The position numbers and the translations under genes were made by a program. A DNA stretch of 53,719 bases from Parcubacteria group bacterium (GTDB lineage: Bacteria; Patescibacteriota; Minisyncoccia; Phycocordibacterales; Phycocordibacteraceae): assembly GCA_028286525.1 (NCBI GenBank), contig JAQBRL010000021.1, positions 1-53,719 of the forward strand. The letters run 5' to 3'. The notes under the pieces were generated by a model. That model saw only the letters and a list, made by a program, of their open reading frames with translations. It had not been told where the DNA came from and ran no database searches. Shown here piece after piece: positions 16,393 to 25,998 of the stretch (position 1 is its first letter; the number at the start of each line of letters is the position of its first letter).

Positions 16393-17230
16393 GGATTTCG
16401 TAGTCGGTCTCGTTCTTGCCCTCCGGCACGACACGCAGCGGCATAAAGACCGTCCCGTCAAAGGAGGCGGTCTTTATCTTTACGCGGATGCGTTTCCCGT
16501 TCCGCTCCATATAAAAATAGGTACCGGGCGATTCCGCGTACGCCCGGTACTTGTTCCAATTCGTCCGTGCATCTCCTGCGAGGTCGAGCTCACCGTCTTT
16601 TTTATCAATCTTTCCGCATTTGGTGACCTGGCTCACGTCCTGAGGCGTGAAGGTAGCGGAACCGTCTATGAATGAAGGAAGGACTTCAGCAAGAAGCTCT
16701 GCTCCAAGCGTGATGAGACGCGGTCGCAGCTCGCGCGTGGTCTCGAGAGGTTCGATGGGAACTTCGCGCAGCGCAAGAATGTCCCCGGCATCCAACTCAT
16801 AGACCATTCGCTGTATCGCGACGCCAGTGACTGTGTCGCCCTGTAGAAGCGCTGACTCTACCGGAGACGCGCCACGGTATTTCGGCAACAGGGAGTAATG
16901 GATGTTCAGGATGCCTTTCGGGAATGCATTGATGAGCGATTGCGGCAGTATCTTGCCGTAGGCGACCACGATGGCGTATTCCATGCCGTAGGCTGCGAGG
17001 CTCTGGACGAAGTCCGGCGTTATCTTCTCGGGAGTAAGCACGGGAAGCTCATGCGCGAGCGCCCATTCCTTCACCTCGGTGGGAGCGAGCTGCATGCCGC
17101 GGCCGCTTGCCGCGTCCGGCGACGTGATAACGACTGCGGGGACGAAGCCGTGCTCGACCAGATACGCGAGCGTATCACGCGCGACATAGGGCGTTCCGAA
17201 GAATGCGAATTTCGGTTGTGAAGCTCCCAT
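16379..17230 (-). CDS. fmt: Methionyl-tRNA formyltransferase
   Basis: FFGTP, VVAYGKIL, NIHYSLLPKYRGASP, LDAGDI. Confidence 0.95.
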   Translation of the reverse strand: MGASQPKFAFFGTPYVARDTLAYLVEHGFVPAVVITSPDAASGRGMQLAPTEVKEWALAHELPVLTPEKITPDFVQSLAAYGMEYAIVVAYGKILPQSLINAFPKGILNIHYSLLPKYRGASPVESALLQGDTVTGVAIQRMVYELDAGDILALREVPIEPLETTRELRPRLITLGAELLAEVLPSFIDGSATFTPQDVSQVTKCGKIDKKDGELDLAGDARTNWNKYRAYAESPGTYFYMERNGKRIRVKIKTASFDGTVFMPLRVVPEGKNETDYEILTRS

Positions 17231-17234
17231 GCTA

Positions 17235-17771
17235 TTAGGCAGGCTCGACAGCATGTTCTTCGCTCCGATTCTGTTCATGTATCTCCTCGGCATGATCGAT
17301 GAAAAGGATGCCATCGAGGTGGTCTATCTCGTGCTGGTAGGCCTGGGCGAGGATGCCGCCACCGCCGCGGGTGAACCAGGCACCATGCTCGTCCTGCGCC
17401 TTCACGGTCGCCTGCGCGTGGCGGACGGTCGTGCCGTAGATGGTGCGTATGGAGAGACAGCCCTCCTGCATCTCGAGGCGTTTACGGGAACTCTTCACGA
17501 ATTTTGGATTTATGAAAACCCCTAGCTGGGGGCCGAGTTCCGTCGTTTTCTCTTCGCCGCGTTCGGTCATGCGGTCATACCTCACGACGAAGATACGGTA
17601 GGAGATACCGACTTGAGGAGCCGCGAGCGCGACCCCATCGGGCTCCGCGTCGAGCGTCTCGGCCATGTCCGCAAGCATGGTCGCCAGTTCAGGAGTACCG
17701 AACAAGGCAGCAGGCACGCTCGCGGCGTGCGCACGCAGGACTGGATCTCCATTCTCACGTATGGGAAGCAT
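17235..17771 (-). CDS. def: Peptide deformylase
   Basis: GVALAAPQVG, EGCLS, QHEIDHLDG. Confidence 0.96.
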   Translation of the reverse strand: MLPIRENGDPVLRAHAASVPAALFGTPELATMLADMAETLDAEPDGVALAAPQVGISYRIFVVRYDRMTERGEEKTTELGPQLGVFINPKFVKSSRKRLEMQEGCLSIRTIYGTTVRHAQATVKAQDEHGAWFTRGGGGILAQAYQHEIDHLDGILFIDHAEEIHEQNRSEEHAVEPA

Positions 17772-17785
17772 AGGGTGACTATAAC

Positions 17786-18097
17786 AAAAACGCCGCCTTT
17801 TTGGGCGGCGCGGCATGTCACCAGCGCGTAGCCTCGCCCCTGGGGAAGGGGGCTGGAGGACGCGCTGGTGACACCGCTCGCGAGTATCTGTGGTTGTTCA
17901 CTCGCAAACGAGTCAGGCGGGTCCAAGGGGGGAAGGACCGACCTGACCAACGGCAATTCAAAAGATCGAAAGAATCATCGGTGTCGGGGTATTCACGAGC
18001 GAGGCGTCTCCTGATCAAGGCGATCCCTCACCTCCATGAATCCTTCTCCGACACCGTTGACCCCGGTGCTGAAGTCGAGCTGTCCTTCTCAGCAACC
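17786..18097 (-). ncRNA. Candidate structured ncRNA (~310 nt)
   Basis: TTGCGG-N17-TATAAA promoter (18104-18132), five successive hairpins, intrinsic terminator 17786-17810. Confidence 0.55.
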
Positions 18098-18132
18098 ATA
18101 CAATTTATACCACACCGATGTGAAATCCGCAA

Positions 18133-18420
18133 TTAGAACGGATTCTCGTTCTCGTGCTTCTTCGGGTCTATTTCCCACCAGAATTTCTTGCTGAAGCTCT
18201 TCGCGCGGCTGCAGACGCTCTTCAGGTAATAGAGGTCATCCGTCGGAATGCCTTGGAGTATCTTTCCCATGCGGCTCATGGAAAGCATGGGCAGGCCATC
18301 GCGCGCGCGGGAGTAATTCAGATGCCGGCAGAAGAATTTCATCAGCTCGCCGCGCTGGGTCGCTTTGGATTTCTTCTGCGTGGCGAAGTCCTTGGGGAGA
18401 TAATCGCCGATGGGTCGCAT
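18133..18420 (-). CDS. Hypothetical basic protein
   Basis: TQRGELMKFF...DLYYLKSVC...FSKKFWWEI; typical codon usage. Confidence 0.75.
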   Translation of the reverse strand: MRPIGDYLPKDFATQKKSKATQRGELMKFFCRHLNYSRARDGLPMLSMSRMGKILQGIPTDDLYYLKSVCSRAKSFSKKFWWEIDPKKHENENPF

Positions 18421-18445
18421 TGAAGTATTTTACCGTACGGAGCGA

Positions 18446-18602
18446 GCATAGCGAGAAAAGTCGCTTAACCGAGCGCAGAGTGATTTCGCACAGAGCCGAG
18501 CAGAAAACTCCCGTCTAGCGAAGCGCTTGAGGGAGTTTTCGCCACGAGGCGACTATGCGAAATACGACACGTGAGAACGTAGCTGCGACTTTCTCGCTAT
18601 GC
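18446..18602. repeat. Long imperfect palindrome (REP/MITE-like)
   Basis: gcatagcgagaaaagtcgc ... gcgactttctcgctatgc termini with nested internal stems. Confidence 0.7.
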
Positions 18603-18612
18603 GAGCGAAGAT

Positions 18613-19920
18613 TTATGCCTGTTCAATATGCCCCCCAATGCTTTGGATACGCGAAGCGAGCGCTTCGTAGCCGCGGTTCACGATGTACACGTTTCGGAGC
18701 AGGGACTGTCCTCGTGCAGCGAGCATGGCGATGATGAGGATGGAGGCAGGGCGAAGCGCCGGCGGCGCGACGATATCGGCGCCACGGAGCCGCTTCGGAC
18801 CGGTGATCTGGATGCGGTGCGGGTCCAGCAGGAGGGTGGTGGCACCGAGATTATCGAGCTCGGTGTAATAGATGGCGCGCTTCTCGTAGACCCAATCGTT
18901 GATGAGGGTGTCGCCCTTTGCCTGCGTCGCGATGACCGCGAAGAACGGAAGATTATCGATGTTGAGGCCTGGGTACGGGCGCGGGTGGATGCGCTCAGGA
19001 AAGGCAACGAGTTCGGAAGGGAATACGTGGATGTCGGCGAGCTTGGTAACACCATTCTCGGAAACTCCCGCATCCGTTACCGTGAAGCGCAGATTCATCT
19101 TCTCCAGTATGGAAAGCTCAATCTCGAGGAACTCGATAGGCGCGCGGGTGATGGTGAGCTCGGAGTTCGTGGTCGCGGCGGTGGCGATGAAGAACATCGC
19201 ATCGGTGGGGTCTTCAGCGACGGTGCATTCCACATCCATATTGATCTCTTGCACGCCAGTGACCGTGAGCGTGGTAGTGCCGATACCTTCTATAGTGACA
19301 CCGAGCTGCCGCAAGAAGGCGCAGACTTCTTGGACCTGATAATTGGCGGAGGCGTACTTGATGATAGAAGTGCCAGGAATGCGGGCCGCAGCGAACAGCG
19401 CGTTCTCGGTCGCGGTATCGCTCGATTCCTGCAGCACGATGGTGGCAGGAGTAAGGGCGCCGTGCGTGACGACGAAGCGGTCGGTAAGCGCTTCGATGGA
19501 CACGCCGAACCGCTCGAGCGCCCAGAGGTGCGGACGCACGCTTCTCGTACCGAAGTCGCATCCGCCGGACTGCGGGATGTCGAAGGAAGCGAAGTGATGC
19601 AGCAGCGGCCCGATGAACATGAGGATGCTGCGGGTGCGCACGGCAGCGTCGCGGTCGATAGTATCGAGGGAAAGCGTTTCGGGCGGCGTGATGACGATGG
19701 TGTGGTCCGTACGCTCTATCTTCACCCCGATGGATTCGAGTATCTCTATGAGCCGATTCACTTCCTCTATCTGCGGCACTTTCTTCAAGGTCGTCGTTCC
19801 CTTATTCAGAAGGGACGCGGCCAAGAGGGCGACGGCGCCGTTCTTCGAGCGATTGGTCTCGATAGTGCCTGAGAGGGGATGGCCGCCCTCTATCTTGAAA
19901 TTCATTTCCTGGCCTGGCAT
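18613..19920 (-). CDS. murA: UDP-N-acetylglucosamine 1-carboxyvinyltransferase
   Basis: SKNGAVAL, SGGCDFGTRSVRPH, TATENAL, PYPG, NRGYE. Confidence 0.93.
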   Translation of the reverse strand: MPGQEMNFKIEGGHPLSGTIETNRSKNGAVALLAASLLNKGTTTLKKVPQIEEVNRLIEILESIGVKIERTDHTIVITPPETLSLDTIDRDAAVRTRSILMFIGPLLHHFASFDIPQSGGCDFGTRSVRPHLWALERFGVSIEALTDRFVVTHGALTPATIVLQESSDTATENALFAAARIPGTSIIKYASANYQVQEVCAFLRQLGVTIEGIGTTTLTVTGVQEINMDVECTVAEDPTDAMFFIATAATTNSELTITRAPIEFLEIELSILEKMNLRFTVTDAGVSENGVTKLADIHVFPSELVAFPERIHPRPYPGLNIDNLPFFAVIATQAKGDTLINDWVYEKRAIYYTELDNLGATTLLLDPHRIQITGPKRLRGADIVAPPALRPASILIIAMLAARGQSLLRNVYIVNRGYEALASRIQSIGGHIEQA

Positions 19921-20005
19921 GAAGGCAATTGTAGCCGAGTCGAGCCGTATTCCCAACACAGGATTTGGCGGCCTGTAACGATGCGCGGTATGATACGCCC
20001 ACGAT

Positions 20006-21019
20006 ATGAGCATGTTCTCCCCTAAACTCGGCATCGACCTCGGCACCACCAATGTGCTCGTGTTCCTGCCCGATAAGGGAGTGGTGCTCAACGAGCCGTC
20101 GGTGGTGGCGGTCTCGACCGATACGAATAAAGTCCTTGCGATAGGAGTGGAGGCGAAGGCCATGATAGGCCGCACCCCTGACGGTATCACCGCATACCGT
20201 CCTATGAAGGACGGGGTCATTGCCGACTATCGGGTCACCGAAGCCATGCTGCGCTACTTCATGAGAAAAGCGCTCGGAAAATACAATATGTTCAAGCCGA
20301 CCGTTCTTGTGTCGGTGCCCGCGGGCGTGACCTCCACCGAGAAGCGCGCGGTCATCGAAGCGGCAGTGAAAGCCGGCGCCAAGGATGCGTACGTGGTGAA
20401 AGAGCCCATCCTCGCTGCTATCGGTGCGGGCATTCCTATCCAAGAACCGATGGGTCGCATGGTCGCGGACCTCGGCGGCGGCACTATCGACGTTGCGGTG
20501 ATCTCGCTTGGCGGCATCGTCGCCTCGACCTCGGTCAAATGCGCAGGCAATAAACTCGACCGCGCCATCATCGATCATGTGAAAAAGCAGTACAACCTCG
20601 CTATCGGAGATAAGACCGCGGAGGAGGTGAAGATAACGATAGGGGCGGCCGTCCCGCTTTCGGTCGAGCTCACGATGGCGGTAAAAGGCCGTGACCTCGT
20701 GACGGGCTTGCCCCGCACGATAGAGCTCAAGACCAACGAGATAGTCCAGGCGATGAATAGGGAATTGCGCGAGATGATGGGCGCGGTGCGCAAGGTCTTG
20801 CAGGAGACGCCGCCAGAACTCGCCTCCGACATCATCGACAATGGCATCATCCTTACAGGAGGGACTTCGCAGCTGCGTCATCTTCCTGAACTCGTACTGC
20901 GTCGCACGGGCGTGCGCGCGGAACTCGCGGACGACGCGTACTTCTGCGTTGCGCGCGGCACCGGCGTCGCGCTGCGACACCTCGATACCTATAAGAAGAG
21001 CATCATCACGAAGAAGTAA
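20006..21019 (+). CDS. mreB: MreB/Mbl actin-like protein (copy 1)
   Basis: GIDLGTTN, EPSVVA, DLGGGT, ETPPELASDI. Confidence 0.95.
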   Translation: MSMFSPKLGIDLGTTNVLVFLPDKGVVLNEPSVVAVSTDTNKVLAIGVEAKAMIGRTPDGITAYRPMKDGVIADYRVTEAMLRYFMRKALGKYNMFKPTVLVSVPAGVTSTEKRAVIEAAVKAGAKDAYVVKEPILAAIGAGIPIQEPMGRMVADLGGGTIDVAVISLGGIVASTSVKCAGNKLDRAIIDHVKKQYNLAIGDKTAEEVKITIGAAVPLSVELTMAVKGRDLVTGLPRTIELKTNEIVQAMNRELREMMGAVRKVLQETPPELASDIIDNGIILTGGTSQLRHLPELVLRRTGVRAELADDAYFCVARGTGVALRHLDTYKKSIITKK

Positions 21020-21038
21020 TTTTATAGAAATGAATTGA

Positions 21039-21068
21039 AAAGGGCCCCGCGCGAACGCGAGGCCCTTT
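21039..21068. terminator. Bidirectional hairpin terminator
   Basis: aaagggcc...ggcccttt between convergent genes. Confidence 0.7.
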
Positions 21069-21088
21069 CCTACGTAATCTTCAAAGCT

Positions 21089-21622
21089 TTACTTGAAGCG
21101 GTAGGTGGCGTTGAGCTCGAAAACCCAGGCGCCGGGGAAGCCCGGCAGGTGGCTATTGTCTAGCGAGCTCTTGTACCAGTTGGCTTCGCCGGCGACGCTG
21201 AAGTTCGGGCTCAGTTGCTTCATGACACCCGCGCCGTACATCTGACGATAGCGCTTGCCGGTGCCGAAGTCTCGCAAGCCATGGGCTTCGAGATCGAGCC
21301 CATTCATTCCGGGGATAAGGTTCACCAAGGGAATGTTGCCGACGGACGTGGTGAGCCTGCCGCCATACCGCCTGATCTCACGGATGTTCTGAAGGGAGCT
21401 CGAATAGGTCCCTGCGAACGGCGTGAAGATGACGATCGGAGCTCCTTCCAGGTACAGCCCGGTTGCCTTGCCCACATGCATGTCATAGGTGTCGGTCGGG
21501 GGATGGACGAAAATCGCAGCGTCGAGGACGGACAGCGAATCGGAAGTCTTCGTGGTCTCGGCCATCGCGGAGGACGCGAGGGCCACGCACGCAGCTGCAA
21601 GTGCGGTAAGAGCATAGCGCAT
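21089..21622 (-). CDS. Secreted beta-strand-rich, outer-membrane-barrel-like protein
   Basis: Signal peptide; alternating beta pattern; ends VFELNATYRFK. Confidence 0.65.
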   Translation of the reverse strand: MRYALTALAAACVALASSAMAETTKTSDSLSVLDAAIFVHPPTDTYDMHVGKATGLYLEGAPIVIFTPFAGTYSSSLQNIREIRRYGGRLTTSVGNIPLVNLIPGMNGLDLEAHGLRDFGTGKRYRQMYGAGVMKQLSPNFSVAGEANWYKSSLDNSHLPGFPGAWVFELNATYRFK

Positions 21623-21780
21623 GGTTTAACCCTCAAGGGCGGGGAGGACCGGGATGGCGCTCACCTAGACAGAACACTATACCTGTCCTGTAGTAATGTC
21701 AAAGCTTTGGAGTGCACAACATACAAATAGAAAAGGCCCCGCCGCTTGCGCGTACGGGGCCCTCTCTGCTTTCCGGCTGA

Positions 21781-22545
21781 TCACCAGTTCAAGGCGAACG
21801 CCTTCGCGACCGAGACGCCGAAGAAGGCGGCGGGTTCACGACCGCCGAAGCCCTTCACGAAGGGTCGGACGTTGATGTCGTACGGGAGCGCGAAGCTCAC
21901 GCCGATCTCCGCGCCCGGGACCCATTGCTTGAAGTTCTCGCTGTGGGAGATCTGGAGCGCGCCGTCGATGGTGGCGTGCTCGGAGACCTTCCAGGAGCAT
22001 GAACCCTTCGCTTGGATGGCGTTCTCCTTGAAGCCGCCGCCATCCCATTCGTAGGAGCCGGCGATGGCGCAGGCCTTGCCGAGCGGGTGCGTCAGCGTCC
22101 AGGTCGTGTCCCAGACGTCCGGGCCGGCGAGTTCATAGTAGGCGCCCTTCACCTGGAGAGTGCTTGCGCCGACTTTGAAATCCTTCCAGACCTGGAAATC
22201 GGTCTCGTGCTCCTTGGCGAGCTTGGTGTCCGCGCGCCAGAGATCGAAGCACAGGCCGCCGGTGTTGCAGAGGGTCAGCTCCTTCTCGGTGACGGGGTTC
22301 TTGGTCAGGGTGAAACCCTGCTTTTCGAAGTCCCGTCCCGACTTGGCGGTGAAGCTCGTGTTGAGCGTCCACTGTGCAGTCGGGGAAGGAGCGGCGACGA
22401 GGGTCGTCGTTTCGCCGCCGGCAGGCCGACTGGTGTCGGTCGCCGCGGCGAGGGTGATCGGGGCCGTCTCCTGTGCCATCGCGGGAGCGACGGAAGCAAG
22501 AACGACGCCCGAGGAAAGCAGAATGGAAACGAGCATGGTGCGCAT
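21781..22545 (-). CDS. Secreted beta-barrel-like protein
   Basis: Signal peptide ...APAMA; amphipathic strands; ends FFGVSVAKAFALNW; AAGGA RBS and own promoter. Confidence 0.7.
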   Translation of the reverse strand: MRTMLVSILLSSGVVLASVAPAMAQETAPITLAAATDTSRPAGGETTTLVAAPSPTAQWTLNTSFTAKSGRDFEKQGFTLTKNPVTEKELTLCNTGGLCFDLWRADTKLAKEHETDFQVWKDFKVGASTLQVKGAYYELAGPDVWDTTWTLTHPLGKACAIAGSYEWDGGGFKENAIQAKGSCSWKVSEHATIDGALQISHSENFKQWVPGAEIGVSFALPYDINVRPFVKGFGGREPAAFFGVSVAKAFALNW

Positions 22546-22677
22546 GTGCGCAGGTCCTTTCTATGGGAGGTACGGGTCAGACTTGCGTCATCGCACCGTC
22601 TGTTGTTTATTGTATAACAAATATAGTCCGAATGTCAAGTAGGGCGAAGCCATCAGAACGAGGCGTATACTGGCCCT

Positions 22678-23340
22678 ATGGCGCACCACGCGTATTTCTA
22701 TGCCGGGGAACGGGAAGCGGGTATTACTGCGGCGCTTGGGCACGCAAAAGAAACGCTCGGCCTCTCGCTCGAGAATAATCCGGACGTCGTCGTCTTTCGC
22801 TACGGCTTATTCTCGGTCGATGACGCGCGTCGGGTTATCCGCCTTGCTGAACAGTCCGCGCTAGGGGAGGCAAAGCTCATCGTCATCGCTGCCGAGCGTC
22901 TTTTCCATGAAGCGCAGAACGCGCTCTTGAAGCTGTTCGAGGAACCACCTCCAGCGACGACCCTCGTGCTCGTCGTTCCCTCGGCAGGAATTCTTCTTGC
23001 GACGCTGCGTTCCCGCATGCTTCCGCTACAAATAGCAAAGAATGCTGTTGTACATATTTTTGTAACCTCTTCACAAACCGAACGCGAAAGAATGGTTCAG
23101 AAAATTCTTGAGCAGGCTAAGTCCGATAAGGACGAAGAGAAGCAGGCCGCACGAGGGCAGGCGCTTCGTCTTGCGGAAGGCCTTCAAGAAGCGAGCTATG
23201 CTGCCTGGCAGAAAAAGCAGAATAAGGACGTGCAGGCATTCATGGAAGACCTGGACCGATTCATTCCTATACTGCATGAGCGCTCCGCGCCATTGAAGCT
23301 CATCTTCGAGCACATCCTACTGACTATTCCGAAGCTCTAG
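22678..23340 (+). CDS. holB: DNA polymerase III delta' subunit-like
   Basis: HHAYF, AQNALLKLFEEPP, LLATLRSR. Confidence 0.85.
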   Translation: MAHHAYFYAGEREAGITAALGHAKETLGLSLENNPDVVVFRYGLFSVDDARRVIRLAEQSALGEAKLIVIAAERLFHEAQNALLKLFEEPPPATTLVLVVPSAGILLATLRSRMLPLQIAKNAVVHIFVTSSQTERERMVQKILEQAKSDKDEEKQAARGQALRLAEGLQEASYAAWQKKQNKDVQAFMEDLDRFIPILHERSAPLKLIFEHILLTIPKL

Positions 23341-23397
23341 TGGTGCTAGACTTTACGTAGACTCGGCCGTGTCGGCACGGGCATAAGGGGAACCGCA

Positions 23398-23697
23398 ATG
23401 CGTTTTTCTTTTATCGGCGCGCTCCTGGCTCTTTCATGCGCGAGCTCCGCCATGAGTCAGACACAGTTCTTCCAGCCGTACTTGGAACGCTCACCTGAAC
23501 GAGAGGATGCAATGCATGATGCATACACGTGCGGTGAGCAGGTCAACGATCGCATCGCTGGCATCAAACAGATCCATGGGAGCTTCTTCGTGGAAGGGCG
23601 AATCACCTCAGAAGAGCGCTACCGGGTATGGGAGATGTCCGTCTGCCTGAAGACCATCACTCCTTCCCAGGGGCCGCCGGTCAAAGCTCGCACCTGA
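23398..23697 (+). CDS. Small secreted hypothetical protein
   Basis: AAGGGG RBS, signal peptide, hairpin after stop. Confidence 0.65.
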   Translation: MRFSFIGALLALSCASSAMSQTQFFQPYLERSPEREDAMHDAYTCGEQVNDRIAGIKQIHGSFFVEGRITSEERYRVWEMSVCLKTITPSQGPPVKART

Positions 23698-23768
23698 ACT
23701 ACGTCGCGCCCCGGCTTCCTGCCGAGGCGCGCTTCGTTTTATAAGGACTCATTTGCTACACTGTCCCC

Positions 23769-24320
23769 ATGGCATACGACTTTTCAAAATTGCAGCAGCA
23801 TATCAAGGAGACAGAGGAGTGGCTCCAGCGCGAATTCACGAGCGTGCGCACGGGGCGCGCGGCTCCCGCTATTCTCGACAATATCCGTCCTGAAGCGTAC
23901 GGCGTCGCCACACCCATGCAGCAGCTTGCGAGCATTACCATCGAGGACGCGCGTACGCTGCGCGTTATCCCGTGGGATAAGAGCGTGATAAAGAATATCG
24001 AGAAGGCGATCACTGACGCGAATTTAGGCGTGGGCGTCGGTTCGGACGATCAAGGCGTCCGCGTCTCGTTCCCCGAGCTCACGGCCGAGCGTCGCACCAT
24101 GCTGCAGAAGCTCGCCAAGGATAAGCATGAACAGGCGCGCGTGACGCTGCGCGGGCACCGCACCGACGCGATAAAGGCGCTCGAAGCTGCCGAGAAGGAA
24201 GGGGGCATGGGTCAAGACGACCTCAAGCGCTATAAGGAGGAGCTGCAGAAACTCATCGATAAAGCCAACGAATCACTCGACGCGCTCGCGAAGCGGAAGG
24301 AAACCGAGATTTCCGCATAA
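23769..24320 (+). CDS. frr: Ribosome recycling factor
   Basis: VRTGRAAPAILD, FPELTAERR. Confidence 0.96.
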   Translation: MAYDFSKLQQHIKETEEWLQREFTSVRTGRAAPAILDNIRPEAYGVATPMQQLASITIEDARTLRVIPWDKSVIKNIEKAITDANLGVGVGSDDQGVRVSFPELTAERRTMLQKLAKDKHEQARVTLRGHRTDAIKALEAAEKEGGMGQDDLKRYKEELQKLIDKANESLDALAKRKETEISA

Positions 24321-24324
24321 CGCT

Positions 24325-25998
24325 ATGGCCGAAGGATATAAGCCTGGTTCTTCGAATAAAGCAGAAACGAACGAAGCCGCTCAGGTATCACCTGAACTCC
24401 TCAGCCTCCTAGGATCTGAAGATTCTCAGGCTATAGGACAAGCTCTGGCTACGCTTCGCAAAGAGATAGATGAGGCGCCCATAGTAGGACGTTCTTTAAC
24501 CGCCATACGCGGTAAAGAGCTTGTCATACCCATTACTACTGTTCCCCAGAAGCAGCGGGTACTCGAAGCGCTCTATGAGCTGGGTATCTTCCCATGGGAA
24601 GAGGAAGGCATGCTTATCGTGGATCATCACCGCGATATGGCGAAATTGCAGCTCACCGGCCTTACGAATGAAACGCCGTTAGTCGAAGAGGCCGTGCTGC
24701 CTCAAAATCTAGAGACATTGACCTTTCCGCTCGAACGGCACGATACGCTCTCGGAGCATCTAAAAAACCGTGAAGAGGTCATAAGAAACCTACCGAACGA
24801 GGAGAGGGGAACCCCGCCTTCGCGTCCGCGCATGCGGGAGCGCGATGTCAAAGACGAAGAAATGGAACCGGGACTCGATACAGAATTACAGGATCTTATT
24901 AATCGTTTCGATCAGGGCTTGATCGATGAAACGGATGAGGAATTTCAACGAAAAGTTGGCGTCTTTCCGACGTTAACGCTTTTCCCCCGCCAATATATAT
25001 GGCAGAAAGGCAATCCAATTGAAAAACGTACTGGCAAAATCATCACCAGAAAAGAGCGCGATACTATGTATGCACTCGCAAAAGAAGGAGACATATCGGC
25101 ACTCAATACATTAACCCGCATGCATACCGGACTCGTTATTGATGCGGTAGTGAGAGCTAAAGAAAAGTTTGGCGGGGATGCAGATGATCTCTTCCAGGAA
25201 GGAATGATGGGGATGGTGCGTTCTATACAGTTGTATGAGCAAGATGGAAAGGCTCAATTCTCGACGTACGCCATGTATGGGATTGAGCAGCGGATACGTC
25301 GCTTCGCATACCAGCACCGATTCCCAATCGTGCGGCCAGTGCATCTTAAAGAAAATCAACGAAAATTCCGGAAAGTTTCGAGTGTAGAGGACGCTACCGC
25401 AAGCGATCTTCCGTCTCGGGTGCGGGAACGCCTGGCTGATACCTTCAAGGAGGGGAACACGACCGCGGGATACGATCGTCTTGAACGTATGTACTTTCTG
25501 AATGCGCTGTTTGATCCCATATCTGATAATGAAAATAATGTTATCGATGCTAAGGGACGCGCTCAAGATGCATTCCTTCAAAACATGATCGATGGCGATA
25601 TTCCACCCGCAACATTCCATCGTGAACTTGAGGAATATGTAAAGACCATATTGCTTACTTTATCGCCACGGGAGGAGCGCATCCTTCGGCTTCGTTTTGG
25701 AATCGGTGACGATCAAGAGAATGGTTCAGGGCTTACGTTAGAAGAAATAGGAGAGAAGTTTTCTGTAACAGGATCTCGTATACGAGAAATAGAAGCAAAA
25801 GCGCTTCGTAAATTAAAGCATCCATCGCGCTCACGCAAGTTGAGATGGTTCATCGATTCCGCAGCGGATGAACCCTATCGATATGAGGAATGGAGCACTC
25901 GCCGAGCCCGATGGGATAAGGAACGGCGGATCCGTGACGAGAATATGGCGCATATCGAGAAGATGAAAAAAAGTCGCCTGCCTGACAACCTGGTATGA
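24325..25998 (+). CDS. Divergent RpoD-like sigma-70 factor
   Basis: DDLFQEGMMG...FSTYA; LSPREERILRLRFGIG...TLEEIG...IEAKALRKLKHPSRSRKLR. Confidence 0.85.
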   Translation: MAEGYKPGSSNKAETNEAAQVSPELLSLLGSEDSQAIGQALATLRKEIDEAPIVGRSLTAIRGKELVIPITTVPQKQRVLEALYELGIFPWEEEGMLIVDHHRDMAKLQLTGLTNETPLVEEAVLPQNLETLTFPLERHDTLSEHLKNREEVIRNLPNEERGTPPSRPRMRERDVKDEEMEPGLDTELQDLINRFDQGLIDETDEEFQRKVGVFPTLTLFPRQYIWQKGNPIEKRTGKIITRKERDTMYALAKEGDISALNTLTRMHTGLVIDAVVRAKEKFGGDADDLFQEGMMGMVRSIQLYEQDGKAQFSTYAMYGIEQRIRRFAYQHRFPIVRPVHLKENQRKFRKVSSVEDATASDLPSRVRERLADTFKEGNTTAGYDRLERMYFLNALFDPISDNENNVIDAKGRAQDAFLQNMIDGDIPPATFHRELEEYVKTILLTLSPREERILRLRFGIGDDQENGSGLTLEEIGEKFSVTGSRIREIEAKALRKLKHPSRSRKLRWFIDSAADEPYRYEEWSTRRARWDKERRIRDENMAHIEKMKKSRLPDNLV

